A stretch of 63,289 nt of DNA, filler included, from Folioceros fuciformis (Eukaryota): the NCBI GenBank assembly GCA_049999805.1. It is 5 parts of 5 records of this genome, joined end to end, with 100 filler letters (N's around TTAATTAATTAA, not from the genome) between each part and the next. Parts side by side here need not be neighbours in the genome. Positions count along the whole stretch, not along the records: positions 1 to 23,529 come from JBNGIO010005642.1; positions 23,630 to 29,628 come from JBNGIO010005643.1; 3 more parts are not named here. The stretch is one strand, 5' to 3'. The notes under the pieces are model-generated. The model was not told where the DNA came from. It saw only the letters and a list, made by a program, of their open reading frames with translations, and ran no database searches. This document shows, one piece after another, positions 12,929 through 24,379 of the stretch (the first letter of the stretch is position 1; the number at the start of each line of letters is the position of its first letter). Made by a program: the position numbers and the translations under genes.

Positions 12929-13559
12929 GTCCCTCGAGACTGCAAGCACATACATTAGGTACAATCGGTCTCCCTCTCCAAGTTGTTGCACTCCATAGCT
13001 TTTTCTGATCACATGTTTTTTAGGTTACCGTGTTTAAGTTTGACAAGGCTTTTGCTTCAAACAAGTATGGGGGCACATATACTGGTATGGGGGTAGGGGG
13101 GCACATATACACGTATGGGGGCACATATATATGTTTGTGTTGTGCTTATGGCATGGCAGGAAGGCATGGCAACAAAACCTTTTGAGAAAGGTGAAATGTA
13201 GTATTGCAAGGAAGAAAATTTTGGCTACTCTTGCATGAACTATGTATGTGAAAGGCCATGGCACATATGAGGATACTCTTACATGAGTAGTGTATTATTA
13301 GAGTCCTTATAGACGGAGTGGCATGGAAGGGTGAATCTATAGGTATTTTGCTCGGGTGAATCTATAGGTATTTTGCTCCCATGTTACAGTGTTATTTCTA
13401 TAATTTAAGAGTTGTATTCTTGGATGTAGTTGGGTAAGGAGTATAATGGTAAATTTTTATTTTATTTTTTGATAGGAATGTGGTTGTAGAATTGCAGGTT
13501 GTATTCTCACGCCACACAAGATTCTCAATCTTGGCCACAACACCCCCATACCACGGTGT

Positions 13560-14440
13560 GACCACGCTTTATTGATTTTGAAATCCAGGTCCCAAATCCA
13601 AACCACTATGAGAGTGTGTGCATCCCGTAGCACCCCCCCAAAGCACCATGTAAGGGCGCATTGCCACATAAGCCTTCCTAAACAACCCTATGAGTGTGCG
13701 CTCATGCACACTCTACTGATCCTAAATTCTAGGACCTAAATCCAAACCACGATGAGAGTGTGTGCTTCCCGTAGCACCCCCCCAAAGCACCATCTAAGGG
13801 CGCACTGCCCATAGTAGCCCTCCCAAACAGCCTTGTGAGTGTGCCCTCATACACACTCCGCTGATCCTAAATTCCAGGTCCTAAATCCAAACCACTATGT
13901 GAGCATGTGCTTCCTGCAACACCCCTAAAGCACTGTGTGTGGGCATGCTGCCCATAGCAACCCTCTGAAGCAACCCTATAAGTGTGCTCTCATGCACACT
14001 CTGCTGATCCCAAATTCCAAATCCTAAATCCAAACCACTATGTGAGTGTGTGCTTCCCGCAACACCCCCCAAATCTTCGTGTGTGGGCACATTGCCCATA
14101 GTAGCCCTCCCAAACAACCCTATGAGTGTGCGTTGATGCACACTCTATTGATCCTAAATTCCAAGTCCTAAATCCAAACCATCATATGAGCGTGTGCTTC
14201 CTACAATACCTCCAAAGCACCGTGTGTGGGCTTATTGCCCATAACAGCCCTCCCAAACAACCCTATGAATGTGCTCTGATGCACACTTTGCTAATCCTCA
14301 TCCAGGTCCTAAATCCAAACCACCGTATGAGAGTGTGCTTCCCGCAGCACCCCCAAAGCACCATGTAAGGGAGCGCTGCCCACAGCAGTCCTCCCAAGCC
14401 AACCTTTGAGTGCGTGGTCAATACTGATCATCAAATCCAA
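13560..14440 (+). repeat. ~144-bp tandem repeat, about 6 diverged copies
   Basis: CCTAAATCCAAACCA recurs at ~13591, 13735, 13880, 14022, 14167 and 14308. Confidence 0.9.
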
Positions 14441-15429
14441 GTAAAGCATCCTCGTGGTTGTTGAATGTTAGAAATCAAGCTCTAACTGAATTGTTATTAA
14501 GAGCATACAATACTTACGATAATGTAGATTATCCCATATTGAACTCAAAGTTATCTACCACCTAAGTGTTATTAGGATATACTAGGATATTGCACCCTCA
14601 AGACTAAGGCTTACCTTATCGAGGGTTGCCCCGCCTGAAGGCTATATATGTAGCATCATGTGCACCATAAGGAATGTATTATGGAGTTCATCTAAGCTAG
14701 TGCTGCTATTTGAACATTGAAGACGTTGGCCGAGCTGCGTGTAAAGCAAACGATGGTCGGGCTGTGTGTGAAGCACGTTCTGGTGTTCGAACGGCTCTTG
14801 AACCATAAACCCTAAACGATGGTCAGCCTGTGTGTGAACCCTATTTTGGTGCTCAAATTGAAATGGATGGGGGGGCAGCATTTGAGAAATATGGACAATG
14901 TGGGAGGAGCTGGAGGTGGAAGGCCCGATGTTTTGCCTATGGCAAAATACAATAGATATTTGAGAGATACGGTGAGGGACATACGGGGTGCGAAGGCAAG
15001 AGTTGCGCATGCTATGAATGATGGACCATCTTCCAAGCATTTATTGCTTCGGAGATTGAGAGGCTTCGTTTGGATGTCTTGTATGGCTTTGACTTAACTT
15101 TGACAATGCGCCATTGGGGCCGATTGAGAATCTGAACAATAGGCCCCCTGTTCTGCATGCAGATACTCTTCGGCAAGCTTATAATTCCTATGCTTCTAAA
15201 TCCCAGGGTCAACCTCACTTGAAGAAGGTTCTAAAATTACAAAGAGAATCCACAAGACGCGATCACCCACAAGATAGCAGTCTTCAAACTTTTGAGAGTA
15301 GTCACGCGAATCAAGAAAGTCACTCAGCAGTCTTCAAACTTATGGGAGTAGCCAAGCGAATAAGAAAGCCACCCAATGCACATGCTTGATTCCTCTCAAT
15401 AACTATGGCATATTTGCATATGGCATATC

Positions 15430-16518
15430 AAAGAGGACAAAAGGGAGGTTGTCAGAATTTTTCTTAACACTGCACATAGGATCGTTAGGGCACCTACCAC
15501 AAAGATTTAACCCTCAGAATAAAGCCATAGTGACATGGCCCGACCTTATTCGAGCTTTAGGATAGGGAACAAGATTTAGGGCTAGCTTCATGTTCTATAT
15601 TGATTTTGAGCTAAGTGAGTTCAAACCTAAGGAAGCAAATGTCGCAAGGGGCAAGGCCTCAATCCTTGTGCAAACAAGGACCTAAGGTCCCGGAACAAGG
15701 CTTAAGGTGCAAGGCCTCAACCCTTACGCTCAATCTCCTTCATCGCTCCCTCCGCTCAGGGGAAATGAACGCTTGAGCCTCGCGCAAGCCCAGTCGATGT
15801 GGTCATAGCCTCGGGCACATAGAGGCTGATATCCTTGGTTTGGCCACACCCTTGCACCGAAGGCGATATCCTTGGTTTGGCAACACTCTTGCATCGAGGC
15901 TGATATCCTTCGTTTGGCAACACCCTTGCACTGATCGGTGACCGCTTTGGGGAGGTCCCAAAGAGGTCATGGCTATTGAGGGTATATACCTTCAGATACC
16001 CTTGAAAAAAATTAAAAAGAAAACACATCCCCAGCCTTCGTCACCACAAGGGGTCCGCCCTCTTCCGAACAACAAGAGTGATCTCATTACATGAGATTGT
16101 GCTATCCCCCCCTTCTGGTGACCAAGTTTGCGGCCTGTGCGAGGGGCTGTGGAATGACCACAACGTTCGAGGATTGAACTCGATAAGCCTCACTACAACG
16201 ACTAGTTGAAAGCGGAACCCCGAAGTAAGCTCCCGTACCGAAGCGTTCTTCTGGAATCTTGCCAATCCGTGCTTTCATACCCCTCTCGTCTCACCCTCCA
16301 CTTGTTATCCGCTCCTCACCTCGCCCCCACAACACCTATTGTCCCTGACGAAGTCAATTGATTGGTACAACACGTCCGCCGACTCGGTAAATCCCCCGGA
16401 CAATCCCGTTGGTTCGCTCGCCGCTCTGGTGGAGTCGAGAACCCGCACTCTGGCCAGTTCATCACTCCGCCATTGAGTGCACGATCGACGACGGGACTCT
16501 GTGGCTGGGAGAGCGACA
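15430..16518 (+). mobile_element. Probable 3' end of an LTR retrotransposon: PPT plus ~1.07-kb LTR (15450-16518)
   Basis: Purine tract AAGAGGACAAAAGGGAGG is followed by TGTC, and the segment ends GACA at 16518. Internal short repeats (GATATCCTTGGTTTGGC x3). Confidence 0.45.
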
Positions 16519-17509
16519 ATTGCCAAACATTTACAAGCTATTCAACATTATTTTATTGAGTACATCTTAGAGAGTTTGTTCATTATCAAATCCATGGTTT
16601 CTTGCCTTTACAAAATGAGAACAAGGATTATGGGAACTACACTTGATGTTTGCAGTACCACATATGCAAGTGGAAGTTACACCAAATTTGGACAAGAGGA
16701 TACAATTGACCAATACTTAGTTACAAGCAAGCCTTATCCTTACAGGGACTAGCCCCATGAATACGAGGGACCAAATTCCAAGTAGACATTGTCTTTTCAA
16801 AAAATAATAATAAACTAAGACTACTAGCATAGCAATGAAAGTTTATAAAACAATTATGATAAACATTGAACACAATATTTCCAAGTTGTTACAGGGCGCG
16901 TGAATGGTATAGAATATGAAATTTTTGTATAAGAAAGTAAGTATGAAACCAAAGTGGTAGAATTTTTGTATAAGAAAGTAAGTATGAAACCAAAGTGGTA
17001 GTAGATTGTGATTTGGACCATGCACCACTAGATACAAATTTATCTTGAATGTTAGAGCCATTTCTTAGAATAGTAGGAGACGCTCTATTCTAGCTACATC
17101 TTACATAGAATTAAAATACATAGCAACACTTTAGGCCCATAAAGACAAAGATAGTTGAACAAAATACTAAATGAGATAGAATTCAAGCAAAAAAAAATAC
17201 AAAAAATCAAGGGAATCTTCTCAACTAAGAATGCTATTTCTTTTATGCAAGAATGACACGAATATTACTTTATGGTGAAAAGATCAAAGGGGCTCCGGGG
17301 ACTATTTGCATAGAAGAAGAATGTGGTGAGTTCTTTCTTTTTGCACATGATCAAGGAGGTCGTCAAGTTCAAGGCTCTGAAGTAAGCTATGGAGCTAGTA
17401 GGTTGATGAAATTTGTAGAACATCTCTCGATTACGTGCAGTGCATGTCTTGTGAGAACGGTGACGAGATGGAGAAGGGGGGAGAAGAAGATGGACACAAA
17501 CATGTAAAA

Positions 17510-19913
17510 GACCCGAGGCCCTTGTTCGCCATCTTGCCTCCGGAAGATTAACATGTTGGGCCGCGATGGTGTTGACATGGCGATAGAGCTCTTCCAGAGC
17601 AGCGGAGGTGATTGTCGCCGATTCCCGAAGACGGAGGGTGGACACAGCTTTCGCCTAAGCCTGGAGTAAGGCCACCTTGCATTGATCCTCTTGGGTCTTG
17701 AAGTTGGCCAGTTGTGCCCACAATTCTTCAGCCTTGCTCCAGAAGCTGTTCACTCGATCTACGAGTTGCTTCATCTCCTATGCCCAGCCTTCCCCATGAC
17801 TCTGCATGGTCTTGCAAGTTTGAGCGAGTTCGGTCTTCAAAGCGTGAATCTCTTGGTGAGCAGCCTTTTCTGCTGTTTGCAAGGTCCGCAGTTTGGCCCA
17901 CATCTCCTCCACCTATTGAGCGGCTTCGGCCAGCTTACGAGAAGCCTCCTTCTCCGCCTCAAGAGCTTGGTTGCGCTTCTTCCTATACCGATTCCGATCC
18001 GACGTATGTTGTCGACAGGCGGCCAAGGAGTCCACGTCCCGTTTCCTCCATGCCTATTGTTCATCAGCATGGATGGCTTCCATCTCGAACCATGACCTCT
18101 CTAACTCTCCCTGCGTCGCTCCGAGTTGGTTCTCCAAGTCCGTGGTCCTACTAGTGATTTGAGCCTTTAAGTCCGTCAACTCCCGCAAGTAGCTGTCCCA
18201 TTCTTCCCGGTACTTGGTTGACTCTTCCTGCAGCTTGGTGTTATGCCCTGCTGCCTTCTCCCTTAGGGTGGACAACTGAGTGGCCAGCTTAATCATCCTT
18301 CGCCAAAGGGCGATGTTTTTGCCCTCCTGTGCCGCTACCTTTCCGAAGGACCATGCAAGTCCTTCTGCCACACTAGCTGCAATCCCTTGGGCTGCCTTTG
18401 TGGCTCCCTCCGAAGTAACTCCGGTGTAGAACAGAAGTTGGGAGGTAGCTTAGCCCTCTCAAAGGACATCCATATTGCCCTCCTCATCGGCTTTGGGTCC
18501 GTGATTCCCCCGTCAATCAAGTCCTCCAGGACTATTGAATGAGGGAGGGTCCTCCGCCGCTCCTCTTCTTCCTGGGTCGGAGTGGGAGTTGGTCGGGGAG
18601 CCAGAGGTAAGACCACTTTGGCGGGCGGTGGGTTGGGCGAGCGAGGACCTTTTTCCATCTTTCGGCCCCGTGGTGAAGGGGGTCGCTTGACACAAGAGGG
18701 TCCGATGCCATGCTGCTCGTTGTAATCCAGATGTGCCGCCAAACAGACCAGCTCCATGCGGTTCACTTCTTCCCGAGTCTTGGGTGCCAGGCCTGTGGGT
18801 GCTACAAGAGCTAGGAAATCTTCTGGCTCCGAGCTAGGGCGCAGCGAGGAACTCCGGATCGGGATCTTCCGTCTTGCCGGTGACATAGCGTGGAGGTGCC
18901 TCCGCTTGGGCTGGGGTCCTTGAGTCGATGGAGGATAGCTTGTCGATCTCCTTTCCGTTTCTGAGGTCGAATAATGGGGGAGTTGGGTGCGAAAGCCATG
19001 GAGGGCAAGTTCAGTGTGGCTCCACGACTGCCTTCCGATGGCTCCGAGACAGGTAAGGGGACCGGGGCTGTAGCGAGGGCCTTAGGTTGAGTTACTAGGG
19101 TTGGAGCCTTCTTCCGAGGGGCAGGAGTGGGGGTGGTGGCTGGAGGAGCGGGTGCAGGAGGGAGTCGGGCTAAAGCTGTCTTTTCCGAGGTGGTTAGGAC
19201 TGCGGAGTAGTCGCAGATATGGAAAAGGAAAGGAGATAATCCTCGGGCGGGTGGCTTCTCTTGCCTAAGTTTTCCACCATCGGATTGTATCTTATGTGCC
19301 ACCACCTTCCCCCAATCAACGGGGTTACCCTATGTTAGCCTATAGAGGAGTAGTGAAACTTTGTCTGCAATATGGTCTGTCTTCGTCACGAGAGGATGAG
19401 CCTGGCTACTCCCCTGATTCTTGGGTCTCAAATATCGTGAATCAACCACTCATGGGAGGTCTTCATGGAGTCCTCTGGCAAAAGTGCTATTGCCGCCTCC
19501 TTGACCTTGTCTTTGTTGTATTGTGAATTGAGGTAGAGGCCACCACGCTCCTCGGCTGGCCTCTGATAAACCTCACGCATCATCTGTCCAGTCCAAAGTG
19601 TGGGATTGTCTCAGACCCTGGCTTTCCACGAGCACATAACAACATGGTCTTGGCGAACTTGCGGACAGTGACAGGGGAATTGATGCCCCATGGGAACTGG
19701 AAGACCCCGAGTTCACACTGCTCCATCTTGTCACCGGCCGCTGTAATCTAGGGGGCCAGGTTTGGGTAAGCGCGTTTGGATTTGCTCAACGTTGAGTTTC
19801 CAGGTGTTGTCGATCTCCAAGAACTGGCCTGGAGACATGATGAGAGGCTCTTGTAGGTGTCGAGAGGTTGGAGATAGGAACATGACGTGGCGCAACAACA
19901 GGCGGAAGTGGAG
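17510..19913 (-). mobile_element. Degenerate repeat family with a long frameshifted ORF (Pro-rich middle, coiled-coil C-terminus); copy 1
   Basis: Peptides match copy 2 at 43660-45225: GLAWSFGKVAAQEGKNIALWRRMIKLAT vs GLAWSFGQVALQEGENTDLWRRMTKLAT; MSFERAKLPP vs MSFGRTKLPP; SMAFAPNSP vs SMSFAPNSP. Confidence 0.6.
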
Positions 19914-20149
19914 NNNNNNNNNNNNNNNNNNNNNNNNNNNNNNNNNNNNNNNNNNNNNNNNNNNNNNNNNNNNNNNNNNNNNNNNNNNNNNNNNNNNNNN
20001 NNNNNNNNNNNNNTTTAGGCAAGAGTAAGCGCTTACACTCCAGCACAAGTACGCCTGCAATCGTCCATGGTGGTTACACCCCGCCTTCTACATGATGGCA
20101 AGGTACTACTTCTTGAACAGACTGTCTTGGCTATCAGTCTGACGGCCGA

Positions 20150-20910
20150 TCTGGTGGGACAGAATCCAAAATGTTGACAAAATCCAACATGTTGACAGAG
20201 TCCGGCATGTTGAACACTCCGAAAACTCGACTTCATTGTGAATCCTAAGTTTTTTCAAGTTCGCTCCGTTTCGTCGGACTTTGGGAAAATATTTCTGGTG
20301 GACCATCGGAGTAAGGCTCCGATAGGTATTTTTGGGGCTAACACCAATATATAGTACNNNNNNNNNNNNNNNNNNNNNNNNNNNNNNNNNNNNNNNNNNN
20401 NNNNNNNNNNNNNNNNNNNNNNNNNNNNNNNNNNNNNNNNNNNNNNNNNNNNNNNNNTTCAAAATCATTGCAAACTAAGATTAGTCCTTAAACAATAATG
20501 ATCATCGTGGACTTTCCTAGATCTTCATTGTAAATACTAATTTTTTTCAAGTCCTTCGTCTCGTCGGACTCTGGGAAATATCTCTGGTGGACCATCGGAG
20601 TAAGGCTCCGATAGGTATTTTTGGGGCTGACACCAATATATAGTACAAAGCATGAACGAAGTAATTTTAGATCTCTTGTATCAAAACTATTATCAAAAGT
20701 TTCATTTGTACTCTTCAATAGTTCAAAATCATTGCAAACTAAGATTAGTCCTTAAACAATAATGATCGTCATGGACTTTTCTACCGTCTAATATAAATGT
20801 TCCAATCTTTATTTGTTAAAGTTTTATTTGTACTCTTCAATAGTTCAAAATCATTGCAAACTAAGATTAGTCCTTAAACAATAATGATCATCATGGACTT
20901 TTCTACAATG
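20150..20910. repeat. Local direct repeats, probably TE subterminal sequence
   Basis: ATGTTGA x3 at ~20-bp spacing; 20275-20357 duplicated at 20565-20647; TCAAAATCATTGCAAACTAAGATTAGTCCTTAAACAATAATGATC x3. Confidence 0.75.
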
Positions 20911-21340
20911 TAATAGAATGTGACAAATTTATAGAATGTCACATATTTATTTGTTTTTGTTTTAAATAAAATGATTAATATAATATAATATTTTTTTTGA
21001 GGTAATAAATTATGAGTTTGTATATTTTATTTAAAAGAGATCGGAGATCTTGTCAACCTCAAGTTAAAAGAAGAAACCAAAAGATGGCCAAAGTAGGGAC
21101 TAGCTCTATGAATAACAGGGGCCAAATTCCAAAAAAAACTAATAAATTAAGTAGACTTTTAAAGTCTATGAGGCACTTGCAATGTTCAAGACTCTACATA
21201 TGATGAGGACAAATGCTAAAATCGCCTAGAAGAAAATGATACTTTTAAGTTTGTAAAGGTTAAAATTGCAATGTTTAAGACTCCACATATAACAAGAACG
21301 AATACAAAAATGGTTTGGAAGAAAATGATACTTTTAAAGA

Positions 21341-21717
21341 TACAGTCCACCCTCCCTAAATGTTACCTGTTGGGAGTAGGGCATTGGGTAACATTTAAGG
21401 AGGTGTAACATATAGAGAATTTAAGTATTTATTAAAAAACCCTTAAATTTATTGAAAATATTTTAATATAATATATTATTATATATAATAAAAATATTAT
21501 ATATTTAATAATGATATAAATTTAGAATAAATAAAATAAAAAATGAACTTTAAAACGGCTTAAAAAAACGGGTTATTTCTACTTGTTTCAAAGAGGACCT
21601 AACTTGCTTTAAAACTTCTTTCTCGATTTGTTGCAAATATATAGACATCATATCATTTGGTTGTTGCTCCAAAAACATGCGTATCACTCCAAGTGCATCT
21701 TCTACTTGAGCAATCTT
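21341..21717 (-). mobile_element. pogo/Tigger-like (Tc1-mariner) element, 3' end remnant
   Basis: TA + CAGTCCACCCTCCCTAAATGTTACC terminus with an inverted subterminal copy (GGTAACATTTAAGGAGG). 21717-21550 encodes KIAQVEDALGVIRMFLEQQ...LKQVEITRFFKPF*, the KQxxITxFF C-terminus typical of pogo-type transposases. Confidence 0.7.
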
Positions 21718-21952
21718 CTATTTCTTCGTAATAGGGCGTGTCATTCTTATTGGTTTGTCTCGTATTTGGTCGAGACATGCCATCGTATGATACTTACGTA
21801 TTAGATCAAATACATTTGGGCTGCGTCGAATCCACTAGGGGGTATCCTAATAGATTTCGCTAATACGTAATACTTCGTGAACTCATACGCTACCCGCCAT
21901 TCCATCCCCATGTGACCAGGGTGTGACCCACCTGTATAGGTGCCGTGTTGCT

Positions 21953-22060
21953 TATCGCCCTTCTCTCCCTCCAAATCGCTCTTACTTCTCATTGCCCTCG
22001 CTCTCCCTCCAAATCGCTCTTGCTTCTCATCGCCCTTGCTCTTCCTCCAAATCTCTCTGC
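21953..22060 (+). repeat. ~38-bp pyrimidine-rich tandem repeat x3 upstream of the Harbinger ORF
   Basis: ATCGCCCTTGCTCTCCCTCCAAATCGCTCTTGCTTCTC-like units. Confidence 0.8.
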
Positions 22061-22154
22061 TTGGATCCCTGTAGGCTGCCCACCTTCCAATGCATCACTG
22101 AATGGCTTGCCAAGGGTTTGGTGTTGATTACTTTGAATGTTGTGGGCCATCACT

Positions 22155-23463
22155 ATGTCATACCGCTCACTGCGAAAGCAATTTTTATTGGACTTAGAGA
22201 AAGTTATGGCCATTACAAGTTTGCTCAACGACACTTCAGAGGAGGAGGATTCGTCTGATGAGGAAGAAACTCTCTCTGATTTATATATACTTGCTCAAGC
22301 ATCTCGATTTGTGAATGTGAAAGGCAAACGCCATCGCCCCTTGTACTTGTGGTCATCCACACTTTCTAACATGCATCCAGATGAGTTCAGACAATTGCTA
22401 CGTACTTCACATCAGGGTTTCAAGTCGCTCTGCACCCTCCTTAGCAACAACTAAGTTTTCTTTAACAACTCCAATTGTTCTCAGAGTCAAGTTGCTTGGC
22501 AATTGGGAGTTGCTTTATGTAGATTTGGAGCTGCAGGAAATGGAGCAAGCATTGGGAAAATATGTCAACTATTTCACATTGGCCATGGCACCGTTGTAAA
22601 ATGGACCCAACGTGTGATCACTGCTTTGCTTGATATGCGGCATGAGTGAATGAAATGGCTAGATGAGAGTAGACGTTCTGAGATTAGTGAAGTGATGTGC
22701 CCAGAGGGTTTTGAGGGATGTGTTGGCTTCATTGACGGGACAACTTTGCCGTTATCACAAAAGGCTGGTATTGGCGGCGAGCAATATTTTGATAGGAAAC
22801 GAAGGTATGCCTTTAACATTTCACAAACATCAAAGACCTCCAACATGCTTGATTTATGATTCCAATACTATGTTTTGTGTGTACATGTATTCTATGAACC
22901 TCCAAGTTGTCTGTGATGTAGACAAAAGAATCACTTCTCTACATGTTGGTTGTCCTAGCTCTAATCATAATGCATTTGTGTTTCAAAGAATGAGTATTTA
23001 TAAGGATCCAAGAGCTCATTTCTCGGCAGGGCAATACCTTCTAGGAGATTCCGCATATTCAGTGTCACATTTTTGTATTCCATCATATCGAGCTCCTACC
23101 TCTAGGGAGAATATAGAGCTCAATTATTGCTTATCTAAAAGCAGAGTTCGAAATGAGTATTGCATTGGCATATTGAAGTCCAGGTGGGGATCTCTGCGAG
23201 AGCTACGACGCCAAATCAAATGTGAAGAGGATGTTAGACAAATATCTAGGTGGGTTGTTGCATGTTGCCTGCTACACAACATGTTGGCCAACCTTGGGGA
23301 TGCTTGGAATGAGCTTTGTCATGAGGAAGATCCTGTGTTGAATGCACAAGATGACCCGACACAAGTTTATGGAAATACAGCTGCAAGCTTTCGTGAAGTT
23401 TTAAAGCCAAAAGTACTAGCTAGAAATTATGAGAGAGGTGTATTGCCGTTAACTCATGTATGA
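22155..23463 (+). mobile_element. PIF/Harbinger (DDE_Tnp_4) transposase, degenerate
   Basis: QLGVALCRFG..GNG, CVGFIDGT, YFDRKR|YSMNLQVVCD, YLLGDSAY, SRVRNEYCIGILKSRWGSL, CCLLHN. In-frame stops at 22452 and 22647; intron from 22805 with a damaged acceptor. Confidence 0.88.
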
Positions 23464-23629
23464 ACTGTTACTTTTGAAGGGCTATCTACAGACTCTTATC
23501 ATTGCCAAAATTCTTTTCCAACTTCTGAANNNNNNNNNNNNNNNNNNNNNNNNNNNNNNNNNNNNNNNNNNNNTTAATTAATTAANNNNNNNNNNNNNNN
23601 NNNNNNNNNNNNNNNNNNNNNNNNNNNNN

Positions 23630-24379
23630 GCAGGAGGGGAACGGGGCAAGAAATCAGCAGGAAGGAGAAGAAGGCAGGCTTGGCCCTGCATCGGCCGAAT
23701 CCTGCAGCTCGCCTCAGCCTCCTCTCCTGCACACATTCGCTCCCATTACCCGTCGATCCCTCCTTCTGCCTACAATCTATATCCAAAGAAGAAGAGGCAC
23801 AATAAGATGGGAAGGGAGAGGGAGATGAGAGGGAAGGGGAAGAAGAAGAAGAGGGGGCAAGAAGGGAATGGAGGAGGAAGGGAGAAAGGGAGAGGGATGG
23901 GGGCGGCCGCAACCCCTGCCTCTAGCTCTAGCTAGGGCATGGCCTTCATGGCCGTTCATGCCAGCCAAGCAATCAGCCAGCCTATCGTCAGACCCTGACC
24001 CCTGACACTGACATACCCGGATACCCGTTCCTATGTTCAAACCATTATTATATTATTTTTATTATTTAATAATATTATATTATTATTTAATCATTTAATA
24101 TTACATATCTTTAATTAATATTAAACTAATCACCCAACCCTATGGCCTGGTACCGAACCTAAACCTTCCCAGGTCTGGGACCAAACCTATATCCACTCTT
24201 ATAACCAAACCAACTATTTCTTGGTCAATTAACCTAATTAGCACAAAGAAAAATAGGAAAAATGACCAGAAAATCAAGGAAAATTAGGGAAAATAAGTTG
24301 AAAAAGAAAACCAAACCATACCACTATTAACCCTTTTTCAACCAAAACAAACTACTACCCCAAACTTTGGAGGTTCACA
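23630..24379 (-). mobile_element. LTR family X, 5' part (copy A), inserted in Copia gag
   Basis: Begins TGTGAACCTCCAAAGTTTGGGG at 24379 and matches 40283-40526. Preceded by GTCAC of gag; runs into a gap. Confidence 0.85.

Larger units (their letters stand above)
12298..15061 (+). mobile_element. TIR-bounded DNA transposon (~2.76 kb, internally deleted) with the N-terminus of a SWIM/MULE-type transposase
   Basis: Perfect 27-bp TIR TCTCAATCTCCGAAGCAATAAATGCTT (12298-12324 and 15035-15061). Both flanks are CPA-FAS sequence. 12629-12787 encodes ..FSAD..WQVVKDIKLAYIPWSRVDGYISGE, like plant SWIM-finger proteins (IPYxRVDDFxxGE). No clean TSD. Confidence 0.75.
8561..15130 (-). pseudogene. Amine-oxidase + cyclopropane-fatty-acyl-phospholipid synthase (plant CPA-FAS type) pseudogene; N-terminal FAD-binding part missing; interrupted by a TIR element
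   Basis: Exons ILNRPQWRIV (15130-15080), YSDLYLHRD..NPAAWCAWNF, TSHPIPS..IQGKRRIWF, LRHTSRKNNLTNARRNISQHYDL, LYSCAIF, EIGFGWGS, EAVGHEY, DFIKEYIFP. Lesions: W-to-TGA at 8774-8776, frameshifts near 11990, 11935 and 11680, and a mutated acceptor near 11565. Confidence 0.85.

Noticed and set aside
16530-17510. Possible F-box/LRR gene relic (minus-strand SSCPNL)
   Set aside because: Too decayed; one short motif is not enough support.
20275-20647. Duplication either side of an N gap
   Set aside because: Could be overlapping contig ends; it cannot be separated from an assembly artefact.
23574-23585. TTAATTAATTAA palindrome, also at 29673, 54649 and 62175
   Set aside because: Always centred in N runs. 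It is a six-frame-stop scaffolding linker, not biology, and adjacency across these gaps is uncertain.
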